Origin: Lytechinus pictus
Taxonomy: Eukaryota
Length of the DNA: 64,000 bases
Direction: 5' to 3'
NCBI RefSeq assembly: GCF_037042905.1
Contig: NC_087250.1
Coordinates: 16,244,001 to 16,308,000 of the forward strand
Each line of letters opens with the position of its first letter. Positions within the stretch are counted from its first letter, which is position 1. The translations under genes were made by a program, and so were the position numbers. Below are positions 1-11,271 of this stretch, one piece after another. The notes under the pieces are model-generated. The model was not told the origin of the DNA, searched no databases, and saw only the letters and a program-made list of their open reading frames with translations.

Positions 1-2
1 AA

Positions 3-221
3 TACATTTTAGTGTGCGATATTAGTGTGCAATGTATCATTAATTTATCACTTCATGTACTGACAATATTTGTGGGAATATGTGTTTGTGTGAAATGAGC
101 CATATTCTGCTTGTAGTTTATTTGATACATTTTAGTGTGCGATATTAGTGTGCAATGTATCATTATTAAGTTATCACTTCACGTACTGACAATATTTGTG
201 GGAATATGTGTTTGTGTGAAA
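3..221. repeat. Tandem duplication (~123-bp period, 2 visible copies, may continue off the left edge)
   Basis: atacattttagtgtgcgatattagtgtgcaatgtatcatt...gtttgtgtgaaa occurs at ~3-95 and again at ~126-221. Confidence 0.85.
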
Positions 222-1410
222 AATAATATAATTTGTTTGTTGAATTAATGTTTTTGTTGGAAGTAGATTACATTGCATTGCAATCATAGACCTCACAATC
301 GTCGACCTTTTAACAATTAAAGATGGATTTGACTCCATGAAAGACTGTTTATTTGAATGTACTTATCATTCTCGTATCACATAATCTATGGCAGCGTACT
401 CGTCATCTACGACACCCCCCATAAATATATATATATAAATGTGTGAAATTATACATGTACAACAGCTTTGGCAACTCTTTTATTTAAATATTTTGTGAAA
501 GAAAATGGATGAAGAGAACAATGGTAGGCGTAGCTATATATTTGTTCTCACTCACAATACCTGTTTGTGCATGCTGGATCTAATTTCATTACTGCATTCA
601 GATTTATCGGGAACTTTTTCTAATATGAAAGCATAGTCATTACTATCAATATGAAGGGATGAAAGTGACATCATTAAGCTGGATCAATGCTAACTTTCAA
701 AATAAACTGGTGCACACTTAAATATTGAATGATTACGTAATGTTACATTTAGATTATTTGTGTTCCTTGAAATATTGTGTCAGTTGTTGCCATAACATGG
801 ATGTAGTTGTGTGTTTAATCTAAAGAAAAAAAATTGCTTTAAAAATTGAGAAGTATTCGGTTCTATATATATTCTGGTTGTTCAGCGATCGGGGCTTAAA
901 TTGTGCATCAAGCGAGCCTGAAAATTTACGAAAAAATACCACCCTTCCCATCACTAGCAAGTGTAAAGAATTTTTATAAACAAAGTAACAGCTCATCAGT
1001 TAGGTTTAAATTATCTCATGCATTTAATATATCGTTGATATTATTTGATTAGGACTATTTGTATCGTCATAAAGAGTTTTAATAGTTCTAACACTAACGT
1101 ACTGACTGAGAACACATGTAACACAATCACCATATTCTTTGCGATTTTCAATTCATTTTTTGATATATTGATAACATTAAATTGTTTTCGGTGATGATTG
1201 AATTTATAACATTATAATAATTTAATTCTCATAATTGTTATTTAATCATTAACGTCCTTATCATTATCGTTGTTGCTGTTATTATATATAATGTTATTAC
1301 TCAAAAGTTCTCATAATTATACATATTAATCAGCCATAATAAACGTTGTTGTAGTAGAGGTAGCCATACAAGCATCCAAACTGCCATTGCTTCATTTAAA
1401 GTATAAAGAG

Positions 1411-1800
1411 CCGGGTGGGGGGCAGTCAGATATATTGCTGTACACATGCATGACATGCGTGAGGAAAAAAAAAACGCGTTTAAAGAGGCGTTTTTAAGAT
1501 TTGGAACGCGGGCCGCGCGGGCACTCTTTAAGGGTATAAAAAACACCGATTTTTTTTTAAGGGTGGTGTTGAAAGACTGGTCAATGGGCAATCACGGGGT
1601 CAAACGTATTTGGGGTTTGTTTTTTCCAGCGCTTTCTTAAGGTTCATATTCTGACGACAACTTGTTTAGGGGCCAAAATGTCTAAATGAAGCCCTCGGAA
1701 AACTTGGTTAGGGGGTTGTTTTGCACAAAGCGAAAAAATCGTTTACGAGGTGTTAATTTTGTCACGCATATGTACAGCAATACATTTGACTGCCCCCAGG
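1411..1800. mobile_element. Non-autonomous DNA transposon (MITE) with 8-9 bp TSD
   Basis: TIRs ccgggtgggggcagtcagatatattgctgtacacatgcatgac / gtcacgcatatgtacagcaatacatttgactgcccccagg; direct repeat ATAAAGAG at 1403-1410 and 1801-1808. Confidence 0.8.
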
Positions 1801-2229
1801 ATAAAGAGCAAACCAATGGAGTCGACAACTATTGTTGAAGTAAATTATTCCAAAGCCTTTTATTTTGTTGAAATATAAATAATGATAATATTTCATTGTC
1901 AATACTTATCTCGTTCCCAGCTGTTATTGACTCACTGCTCTGCAAACAATGACTAATTATTGAAACAGGGACGCAGACAGAACTGACGAAGGCTCGGGCT
2001 GAGATCACCTGAAGACGTGGTTTGAATACGAAATGATTCCCCATCCCTGCAATTGTTTTGTGTAACACCTAGTTGACTCAGACCAGCTTGAAGGATATAA
2101 CCCACATAAATTAAAAGGGTCGTCTGACTGATTTGCGTAAAGAAAATAGTCTCATAGTGGCAATTTTGAATGAATCCATTGTTCTGCAGACACGTAGTAT
2201 TCTTTTGTAATGATAAAAAGAGGGTAGAT

Positions 2230-2476
2230 CATGGCCGTACGCAGAAGGAAGACCCACGCCCCCCCACAAAAATTTTGAAAACTTGCATTTTCTACTGAAA
2301 TCTTATACAAAATTAACCAAAGGTTACACGAAATCCTTTAATTTCACTTTAGGCACTGTAAACGGGCCCAAATTTCAAGCTCGGTCGGTTTGCTCCTCAC
2401 GTTCGAATTTCTTGAATTTTTTTAAAGCGTCCTACCCCCCCCCCTCTCTGGAAAAGAAATTTGCTTACGGCCATAG
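2230..2476. mobile_element. G/C-tract MITE (hAT-like), degraded
   Basis: Short TIRs catggccgtacgca / gcttacggccata with internal poly-C tracts. Confidence 0.5.
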
Positions 2477-2771
2477 GGTAGATGAAAATGACATGGTAAT
2501 ATCATGAACGACATTTACTATTCCAAATCACTCGAAACCAAAGATTTGTGATAGAAGTCGCCAGGTAATTGGTAAGACCCTATTAGATAAATTGATTACC
2601 TTTAGGTCGTACCCCCCTATATCGTTTCCTAGCTCAGACAATGATTGATACTTTGATTAACAAGTGGGGTTTCACGCAAGACTAGCGCAAACTTCCTATA
2701 TCAATTTCAGGAGAGGGACCTTCTGTGTACAGGTCAAAGGCAAGGACATTGGGCTGCATATTCTGACCATC

Positions 2772-3125
2772 TAAAGGAGAAGTTCACCCTGACAAAACAT
2801 TGAAAGATAGCAGAAAAAATAATACAAAATATTGGCGAAGGTTTTAGGGAAATCCACCAAAGAATATCAAAAAAAGTTATTAGTTTTTTCATTAGAAATT
2901 TAATTATTTGATTGTGACTTCATATGCGATCAGCTTTCCTACATAATCGTACTGTTAAAAAAATCAGTAAAACATGAAATTTATGCAGTTTATATTACAT
3001 ATCATATGGAGCAGCTGCTCGTTTATGACGTCACAAATCTAAAACTTGAAATTCTAAGGATTTTCCTCAAACCTTCACCAATATTGTTTTAATTATTTTT
3101 CTGCCATTTTTTACAGCGAAAAGTT
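2772..3125. mobile_element. Degraded Kolobok-like MITE, same family as 41814-42301
   Basis: Starts aaggagaagttcaccctgacaaaa; internal inverted match aatattggcgaaggttt / aaaccttcaccaatatt; homologous to 41814-42301. Confidence 0.6.
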
Positions 3126-3829
3126 TCACAGCAAGCTAGCCACCTCACCTAACTGCAAAAGTAAAATACTAAATTACATTGAATCTTGGTCAATGTTACA
3201 AAATGCGTATGCAACAATTAGTTTCCCTATAGTACCTGCCAATCAAGAGACATCTGCTTTAAAACACGCTCTCATTTCATTTGAATGTAAACAGTTCAGG
3301 AGAGCGGGTAAATATTGAATATACAACAATTCGTGACAATATGCCAGGGGAAATCGCAGTTCGTAAATTGAAGTCAATTATCGTGTTTGGTGAGAAGAAC
3401 AATAGATGTCAACTGATATTAAGTATTCACGCGGACACTGGAGACCCATGTCAGAAAATATAGATATTTCTACAACGAGCCATGATCACACTCTACTGTC
3501 TCTCCGAATCTTCAATCGTTTACTGATCACACCAATCTTTATTCATTCACTATTCCTTACACTCAATGATGGTTTTGCTCTTGATTTTTTTGTTGCTGTA
3601 GTAATATCAGCAGTAAATAATGTAATAAATCGTAAAAGTTATACCATTTGTAGTAATCCTTCATTCCTCCATCATCATCAAATCCTTCGAAGTTTCTCTA
3701 AAGTGGCCATTATCATCGTCATTATCAACACCACCATCACAACCATCAACTTCAACTTCACCATCATCATGATCATCACCACCAACACAATAACTATCAC
3801 TCAACATCACAATAACCATCACCATGAAC

Positions 3830-4193
3830 TAATAATAATAATAAGGATAATAATGATAATAAATAGTTGTTATTTAGCGCTTTTCCCATGACGGCTCATA
3901 ACGTTTACATATTATAACTTCGGTCAGTGGATTCATTTTAATCCCGCGCGAAAAGTGCAGATTTTCCACTTCCTAAGGAGCCTCCCTTGCATTCATCGCA
4001 GACACATAATGGCACTGGCAAAATCAAGCATACAATAACTTTCGCAACCTACTGGGTACCCATTTAGCACCGGGGTCGAGGATTGCAAAGTGTGGATTGA
4101 CGCCTTGCCAAGGACGCTAGACCCGGTGGGATTCGAACACACGACCCTCTGTTTACAAGGCGAAGTCAGATCGAACCACTATACCACGGCTCC
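3830..4193 (-). mobile_element. tRNA-derived SINE with L2-type (TTA)n tail
   Basis: Minus strand begins ggagccgtggtatagtggtt (A box) ... gttcgaatccc (B box), then ccttggcaaggc...ctcgaccccggtgctaaatgggtacc; ends aaaagcgctaaataac followed by TTA-type repeats. Confidence 0.75.
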
Positions 4194-4909
4194 TTCACTG
4201 ATATCCCACTGATATCATCATCATCAGACTCGACATCAGCACCATGATCACTTTTACCATCATCATGGTCATCATCATCACCATTGCTGCCATCAACAAT
4301 AAATATAACTAACCAGCATCTTAATGACCATCACCTCCCCATGTTCAGAGGCATAAATTCAATTAGTTTACTCAGAAATCATGATACCCCCTTTACCATG
4401 TTAGCATAAAAATGAGCATACAAAGACCGAAACAGCTCTGCTCATTCCTAATAATATTAAACCCTTCATTTAACAAACCGTACACTTTCAATAAATTTGC
4501 AAGGCACAATATGGCACTATTCCGACAACTTTTCCCATTTAAGCAGACACACTCAGCTTCCTTTGTGCTTGTCGAAGACCACTCAAAAAGCCTATTTTAT
4601 TACATAGGAATGACGTCATAGGTGAGCAGAAATGGTGCAATATTCACTCGTAAACTAATTAGGGTGCTGGATTGGATTCATGCCCGGATGCTTGAAATAT
4701 TGACACATTTTATTTCGTTTGATTTTACACAGTATATTTGTCAAGTGACAAAATTTCTTTAAATCAGGTAATGGAATATTACTGCTTTCAAAATTCTGAA
4801 AACAGAGTACTTGATTTTTTACAGTGACATAGAACAATGCAGACGAACAATAATGGAGGTGTTCTACTTTCTGTTATTTTTGTGAATCATAAGCACACCT
4901 TTTTCCCTT

Positions 4910-5896
4910 TCATGATCGTTGTTGAATCTTTCTAAGCCAGGTTGCAGGTTCCTCAATATCCTCAAGCTTCCTTCTAAACATGCAACGGAAAACATGGCGA
5001 AAGACTGGATGTTTCCATCCGAATAACAGGGGGTTTAAACAGCTGGATAGATTAAAAATAGCAAAGCAGTATGCACCGAGGAGGGCGCTGTCGCTGAATA
5101 TCAACGTAACCGACATCGGAACAAAACACACTGCAAAGGCAACTAATACAAGTACCATGTTCTTTGTGATTTTTGATTCAAGTTCTAAGTTTTGACCTTG
5201 GGCTGGTGTTGCTGCGACGCGCGGTAAGTCGCTAGTTTCCGAGTTGACGCGCACGGTTGTCTCTCGTAACTGTCCCGTACTTTGACTGCGCATGCTGTGA
5301 CTGCGCAGCTGTCTAAAATGGCGTCGGAGGAAGAGGAAGATTTTTCCGTAAAGAACACACACAATTAGGAGTAACACAAGGATAACACAACCGCATGCTG
5401 TATTGAACTCTGGGCTGTTATAGAAGGTACATATCGTGTCTTCGTTTAGTCCTGCAGTCGCAAGGTCGAAAAACAGGAACAGAAGGATCAGGACAAGAGG
5501 TAAAATGAAACTAATGCTGATCATAAGTATTACATTGCGCTTCGAGAATATGCGTCTGAATGTATGTGGTTGTTTTGTAATGAGGACGAAGCGACAGAAT
5601 GCGATCAGGGTCATGATGATCGAGCTTGCACCGAGGACTGTGATCGCTATCGGGCCGACGACTGTACACGTGATTATAAAGGCATCGCTACGAAGTCCAG
5701 CTAGAGCGATGACTTGGACGATGAGTGTCGAAGAGTTTATGATGTCGGATACACTGAGTACGACGACGAACACGTTGGTGACGTTGCGGAGTTTCAAGGA
5801 TAGAAACACGGCTGTGATGAGGAAAGTGTTCCCTGAAATCCCAAGAGCCGCAAGGACCGAGAAGACAATAGCAAGAACTATATTATGACCTTCCAT
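4910..5896 (-). CDS. Class A (rhodopsin-like) GPCR, single coding exon, 328 aa; resembles moody/Tre1/melatonin-receptor-like expanded orphan families
   Basis: Seven hydrophobic segments; TM1 GISGN, LRNVTNVF, TM2 LSVSD, TM3 IAFCRF, TM6 FAVCFVP, TM7 SSCLNPLLF, helix 8 KHPVFR; uninterrupted ORF from ATG to stop; minus-strand AATAAA at 4709-4714. Confidence 0.92.
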   Translation of the reverse strand: MEGHNIVLAIVFSVLAALGISGNTFLITAVFLSLKLRNVTNVFVVVLSVSDIINSSTLIVQVIALAGLRSDAFIITCTVVGPIAITVLGASSIIMTLIAFCRFVLITKQPHTFRRIFSKRNVILMISISFILPLVLILLFLFFDLATAGLNEDTICTFYNSPEFNTACGCVILVLLLIVCVLYGKIFLFLRRHFRQLRSHSMRSQSTGQLRETTVRVNSETSDLPRVAATPAQGQNLELESKITKNMVLVLVAFAVCFVPMSVTLIFSDSALLGAYCFAIFNLSSCLNPLLFGWKHPVFRHVFRCMFRRKLEDIEEPATWLRKIQQRS

Positions 5897-7579
5897 TATT
5901 TAGGTGTTTCAACGCAATATCGCATTCGACATGTCAAACAGGCAAACAATCAAAACTATTTCATGAATCCTCCTTTCAGCTTTTAGGAAATTAAAAACGT
6001 ATGAGTAGGCCCAAGGACAAAATACGTGCTGCATTCTCAATAGTCGACATATCACAATTGTCAGGTTTGGTAAATATTTAATGACAACGATATTTACAGT
6101 CATTGTAAAAATTTGACGAATGTAGACAACTCATTTCTGCCTAGGCATAATTGTTATCGAGCGTTGCTAAGCAGTCTTTGAGATGCTCCCTTGTCGTTTC
6201 CAAATACAATGTTGGCCCCATTCAGAAATACCTTGATACATATCGTAAGGTAAATCTCTTTTATGAAAAAAAAAAGGTTTCTATTTTCTTTGAGTTGGAA
6301 GTCAGGATGCGTTTTATGGATTCAACTGTTAATGTTTCGAAAGTAGACACTTCTTGTGCTTGAATCGTATTTCATTGAATACCAAGTTTCAGAATCTTGG
6401 GTAGAAGAGAAGATATATTTCTAGTTTTATCAGTAGCCACTGGACAGTATTACTGGACCTTCATTGAAATTATTGGAGATCGCGGTGCCGTGAAGACTGC
6501 TGATCTGAGATGTTCTAAAAAAATGCCATTCTATGTCAATAAAACATGTGATATCCATAGAAGTAGCAGAAAAAGAAACACTTGGTCTATGCAAAACTCT
6601 CTGATCAAGTTAGCTGCGTGCTACGGCTTCCATATCTTGATGATACAAACGGGCCACTAGGATAAGTTCCATTCGGGGTATACAACTATGTCGACTACAA
6701 CCTTTGAAAATGAGTGTACCAATTTTTGTTTTCTAGAATATTCAGTGATGTTATAACTTCTTTGATTTTGCAAACACAACCCTCACAAACTTGGTGGTCA
6801 TTGCATGAAGTACACATTTGACTCGCCAATTTCTGCAATACATACCACAATGCATATTGCATTAATAATCATCAACGATCGCGAGTAGCATTCATCTGTC
6901 AGCGTCAAGGAAATATCAAGTCAAAGTCTATTGTCTTCGTTGTTTCTGCACGATGATATATTTGCGAGTTGCTCGTGCCGACTGTACCCGTCTCGTATCT
7001 GTGGAGTCTTATCTGTCTCGATGTTTCGTCTGAGGCGCATGAAGAACAAAGCTCCGACCTGTAAGATAAATAAGTGTTAACAGACAGGAATAAAACATTT
7101 AATAATCATTAACAAATTGTTATAATAATGACTTCTCGCAATTTTTGAATTTTTAACCGGTAATAAAAAAAGATCGAATATGAAATTGATTCATCGTCTG
7201 TGGCTGTAACCATGGTAAGATTTTTTTTTCAGATCCTTAACACATACACACCACACACGCATGTTTTTTTAATCTACCCACACACTTGGACTGTCCACGG
7301 TTATATAGGTAGTGTTACTTACCCAAGGCATGTCTGCGTTTGGCGTTAGACGGATGGTATTTACAAGTGTGATGCACATGTCACACGTCACAAACTCTTA
7401 CCATGGATATATAAATACATCCATGCTCTTACACATGCACGCATGCGTATATACATGTAGGCTACCCTATCATATACCATTCCTACCGACATGCGTATAC
7501 CAAAATCCACGCATTCACCAACAGAACAACTCACACCTTCGTCACTTATTCCCCACCCGCGCACACTCGCCCCCTTTAC

Positions 7580-8335
7580 AAACAATTAACATCCCCCACT
7601 CTCACACATAAACACACCTACACACACACACACACACACACACATACTCCACTTTACAAACAACATCCCTCACTATCACACATAAACACACACACCATAG
7701 ACTATACAAACTACATCCCTCACTCTCACATATAAACTCACACACACCATAGACTATACTACAAACAACATCCCTAACTCTCACACATAAACACACACAC
7801 CATTCACTTTACAAACAGAATCCCACACTCTCACACATAAACACACCCACAATTCACTTTACAAACAACATCCCTCACTCTCACACATAAATACTCACAC
7901 CCACATACACTTTACAAACAACATTTTTTTTTTTAAACAAGTGCACACCAAGTTACCAATAATGCATATAGCATTTCCATTTATTTAAAAAACAAAATAA
8001 AAGAGCATTGTACATTAAATGCTTTGCTCACTGGCATAGGTGCCGCGGCCGGGGATCGAACCTTCGACTTCCTATGTATAGCCAGGCGCCTTAGACCACT
8101 CGGCCACGGCACATCCCCCACTCTCACACATAAACACACACACCCACATACACACACCATACACTTTACAAACAACATTCCTCACTCTCACACATAAACA
8201 CACACACACCATACACTCTACAAACAACATCCCTCACTCTCACACATAAACACACACATACACCATAAACTTTACACACAACATCCCTCACTCTCACACA
8301 CCTATACACACATACACACCATACACTCAAAATAA
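7580..8335. repeat. CA-rich ~45-bp minisatellite (interrupted by a SINE)
   Basis: Repeated unit acaaacaacatccctcactctcacacataaacacacacaccatacacttt. Confidence 0.85.
7925..8110 (-). mobile_element. Short tRNA-derived SINE with poly(A) tail
   Basis: Minus strand gccgtggccgagtggtctaaggcg (A box) ... ggttcgatcccc (B box), non-tRNA body and A tail; ACAT duplicated at 7921-7924 and 8111-8114. Confidence 0.75.
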
Positions 8336-8622
8336 TTCAAACAACAATGTTTACTATACACAACAAAAAAAGTAAGTCCCCCCTAAATCAAATTGCTGTA
8401 ACTTTTGAACGGAATTATTTTGAGATATGATATTCCGTAGGTAGTTTTCTACACTCATTAAGCAACTCCTGGGGAAAAATAAGATTGATCGGTTGAGTCA
8501 TGCATGAGTAATTAAAGATTGAATTAAAAATGACAATTTTTAAAAGTCACAAGAGTCGTTTTTCAGATTGTGCAAATACAAAGTTGGGCAAATGTTGTCT
8601 TTAGGTGAATTTTATGGTGTTA

Positions 8623-11025
8623 TAGTCCAGGATAGGCCCCATAGAAACTTGACCAAACCTTGTTTTTTCATATATACAATATTTTTTGATGGTTTCTTGT
8701 CAATTCGAGGGTGCTGATTACGAATCTGGATGATGCCACTCGTGTAACCTTGAGCATTTTCCGCAAATTGGCAAAATCCAATGTGGCCGCCAAAATATGC
8801 AAATTAGGACATGAAAATCATAAAATTGTCCCCACATTGGCTATGAAATGCATGAAATCGTGTGACAGGAGTGAAATACTCTCTGAAAAATTAATTTTTG
8901 ACAAAATATTTATTTTCCTGATATTCAAAATGGCCGCCATAGGCCATTGTATACTCCATTATGTACAATATGAACAGGGAAAACAAATTTTCACAAAAAT
9001 TAGCACTAGACCGCAAAAATCGTGATGTATGAACGAAGTAATATATGCAAATCATCATTACTAACGAGATATATAATTTATTATGTCATATATGGGGACA
9101 TTGCTGTATTTTGATATCTAAAAGCCACCACTGGCCCAAAGAGTATTATAAACAAAGGCAATGGCCGGGGCCAAAAAATGACAAGAGTAAGCACTAAAAT
9201 GTATATTATTAAGATAAACGAGTGGAATACTGACTAAAAATATCATTGCCATTAATATACCATTTATGTGATAAATGCTGTATTTTGACATTCAAAATGG
9301 CCGCCCTATATTTATCATGTACAATGCGAATGGAGAAACTAATTTTCACAAGAGTGAGAATCATAAAATGCGTATAACTGTGATATACGAGTAAAAATAT
9401 TGTCTTAAACATGATTTCTAAGTGAATAAATCACATATTGGTCGTGGAGGTAACAAATGCTGTACTTTGAAATCCAAAATGGCTGCCATAGGTCCTAAAA
9501 GTATTGTGTACATTGTAACATGGGACATATACTTTTGACAGCATTTGGCTTTGCTTGACTCTAAATATTGCATATAATTGTGAATTGTGAATTGTGAATT
9601 GTGAAAGGGTGAAATATTGTCTAAAACCATGGTTTCTACCGAGATATATCATATCATGTGTAATTAAGTTGATAAATGCTGCATTTTTAAATTGAAAATG
9701 GCCACCATAGGCCCTTATCGTATAATATACAATTTGAGTGGAGACAAATAATGTTCACAAAAAGGGCATATGGCAGCCATTTTGAAAGTAGAAATACAGT
9801 ATTTATCACCTAAATTACATAGGATATGATATATTTTGTTATAAATCATGTTTTCAGACAATATTTCACTCATACACGCATCACCATTTGGCCAAGCAAA
9901 GCCAAATTCTGTTGAAATAATTTGTTCCCATTCACATTGTGCATAATATCATAAGGGCCTGAGCGGCCATTTTGACTTTCCAATAACAGTATTTATCACC
10001 TAACTGGCAGAATAAATGATATATCTTAATAGAAATTATGCTTTCAGACAATATTTGACTCATAGATTACTATTACGTGCATTTATGGTGATCACTCCTG
10101 TGAATATTGGTTTCCCACTTTGCATTGTACATGATACTGTTAATGTTAATGGCGGCCATTTTGAAAGTCAAAATACAGTATTTAACACAAACTTAAAACC
10201 TGAATGATATTATTTCGTAAAAAATTATGTTTTTAGACAGTATCCCATTAATTTATCACATATATAGGCATTTTAGTGCTCTCTCTTGAGATTTCTTTGC
10301 ACCTCTTTCTCATTGTGCATAATACTTTTAGGGCCTTTGGCAGCCACTTTGAATATCAAAATAAAACATTCATCACATACATGGCATATTAATAATATAT
10401 TTCGTTAACAATTATGTTTTTAGTCAGTATTCCACTCGTTTAATCTTAATAATATGCATTTTAGTGATCATTCTTGTGAATTTTTTGGCCCCCATTGCCA
10501 TTGTACACAATACTGTTTGGGCCAGTGGCGGCTATTTTAGATATCAAAATACAGACATGTTCTCATATATGACATAATAAATGATATATAAATGATATAT
10601 ATGATGATTTTCATATACTACTTCGTTCATACATTGCGATTTTTTGCACTTTAGTGCTCATTTTTGTGAAAATTAGTTTTCCCTATTCATATTGTACATA
10701 ATAAAGTATACAAGGGCCTTTGGCGGCCATTTTGAATATCAGGAAAATAAATATTTTGTCAAAAATTATTTTTTCAGAGAGTATTTCACTTCTGCCACAC
10801 AATTTCATGCATTTCGTAGCCAATGTGTGGACAATTTTATGATTTTCATGGGTAATTTGCATATTTTGGCGGCCATATTGGATTTTGCCAATTTGCGGAA
10901 AATGCTCAAGGTTACACGAGTGGCATCATTCAGATTCGTAATCAGCACCCTCGAATTGACAATAAACCATCAAAAAATATTGTATATATGAAAAAACAAG
11001 GTTATGCCTCTTCTATCCTGGACTA
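8623..11025. mobile_element. Foldback-type non-autonomous transposon, Academ-like (TAG...CTA termini, 3-bp TSD)
   Basis: Termini TAGTCCAGGATAG / CTATCCTGGACTA, TTA duplicated at 8620-8622 and 11026-11028; long imperfect inverted arms; absent from the sister copy at 35013-37890. Confidence 0.75.
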
Positions 11026-11111
11026 TTATGCTGTTTTACTATCCATCATTTAGCCACTCCACACACAATTTTGATATCATATGTTCATGGTTGAGTGAGC
11101 ACAATGTATTG

Positions 11112-11271
11112 CAGGGGCCGCGGGGGGGGGGGGGGGCTGGGCAGGGACCTTCAGTCCCCCCCCCACTTTTTTCCAAAAGCATGTAAAAAAATGTAAAAAT
11201 GACCATACGATTGTGATTTTTTGCATGGTCAGCCCCCCCCCCCCACTTTGAAAACCCTTCCCCGGCCCCTG
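11112..11271. mobile_element. 160-bp G/C-tract MITE nested in transposon copy 1
   Basis: TIR CAGGGGCCG / CGGCCCCTG, TATTG duplicated on both sides, absent from the sister copy. Confidence 0.8.

Noticed and set aside
3406-3891. 161-aa ORF, and similar Ile-rich ORFs at 15516, 42477-42924 and 45612
   Set aside because: Produced by trinucleotide microsatellites (CAT/AAT/TAG); no domain signal
5436-5888. 150-aa plus-strand ORF
   Set aside because: Antisense shadow of the GPCR coding sequence
8040-8110. Possible tRNA gene
   Set aside because: The tRNA-like head continues into a non-tRNA body and poly(A) with a TSD, so it is better explained as a SINE
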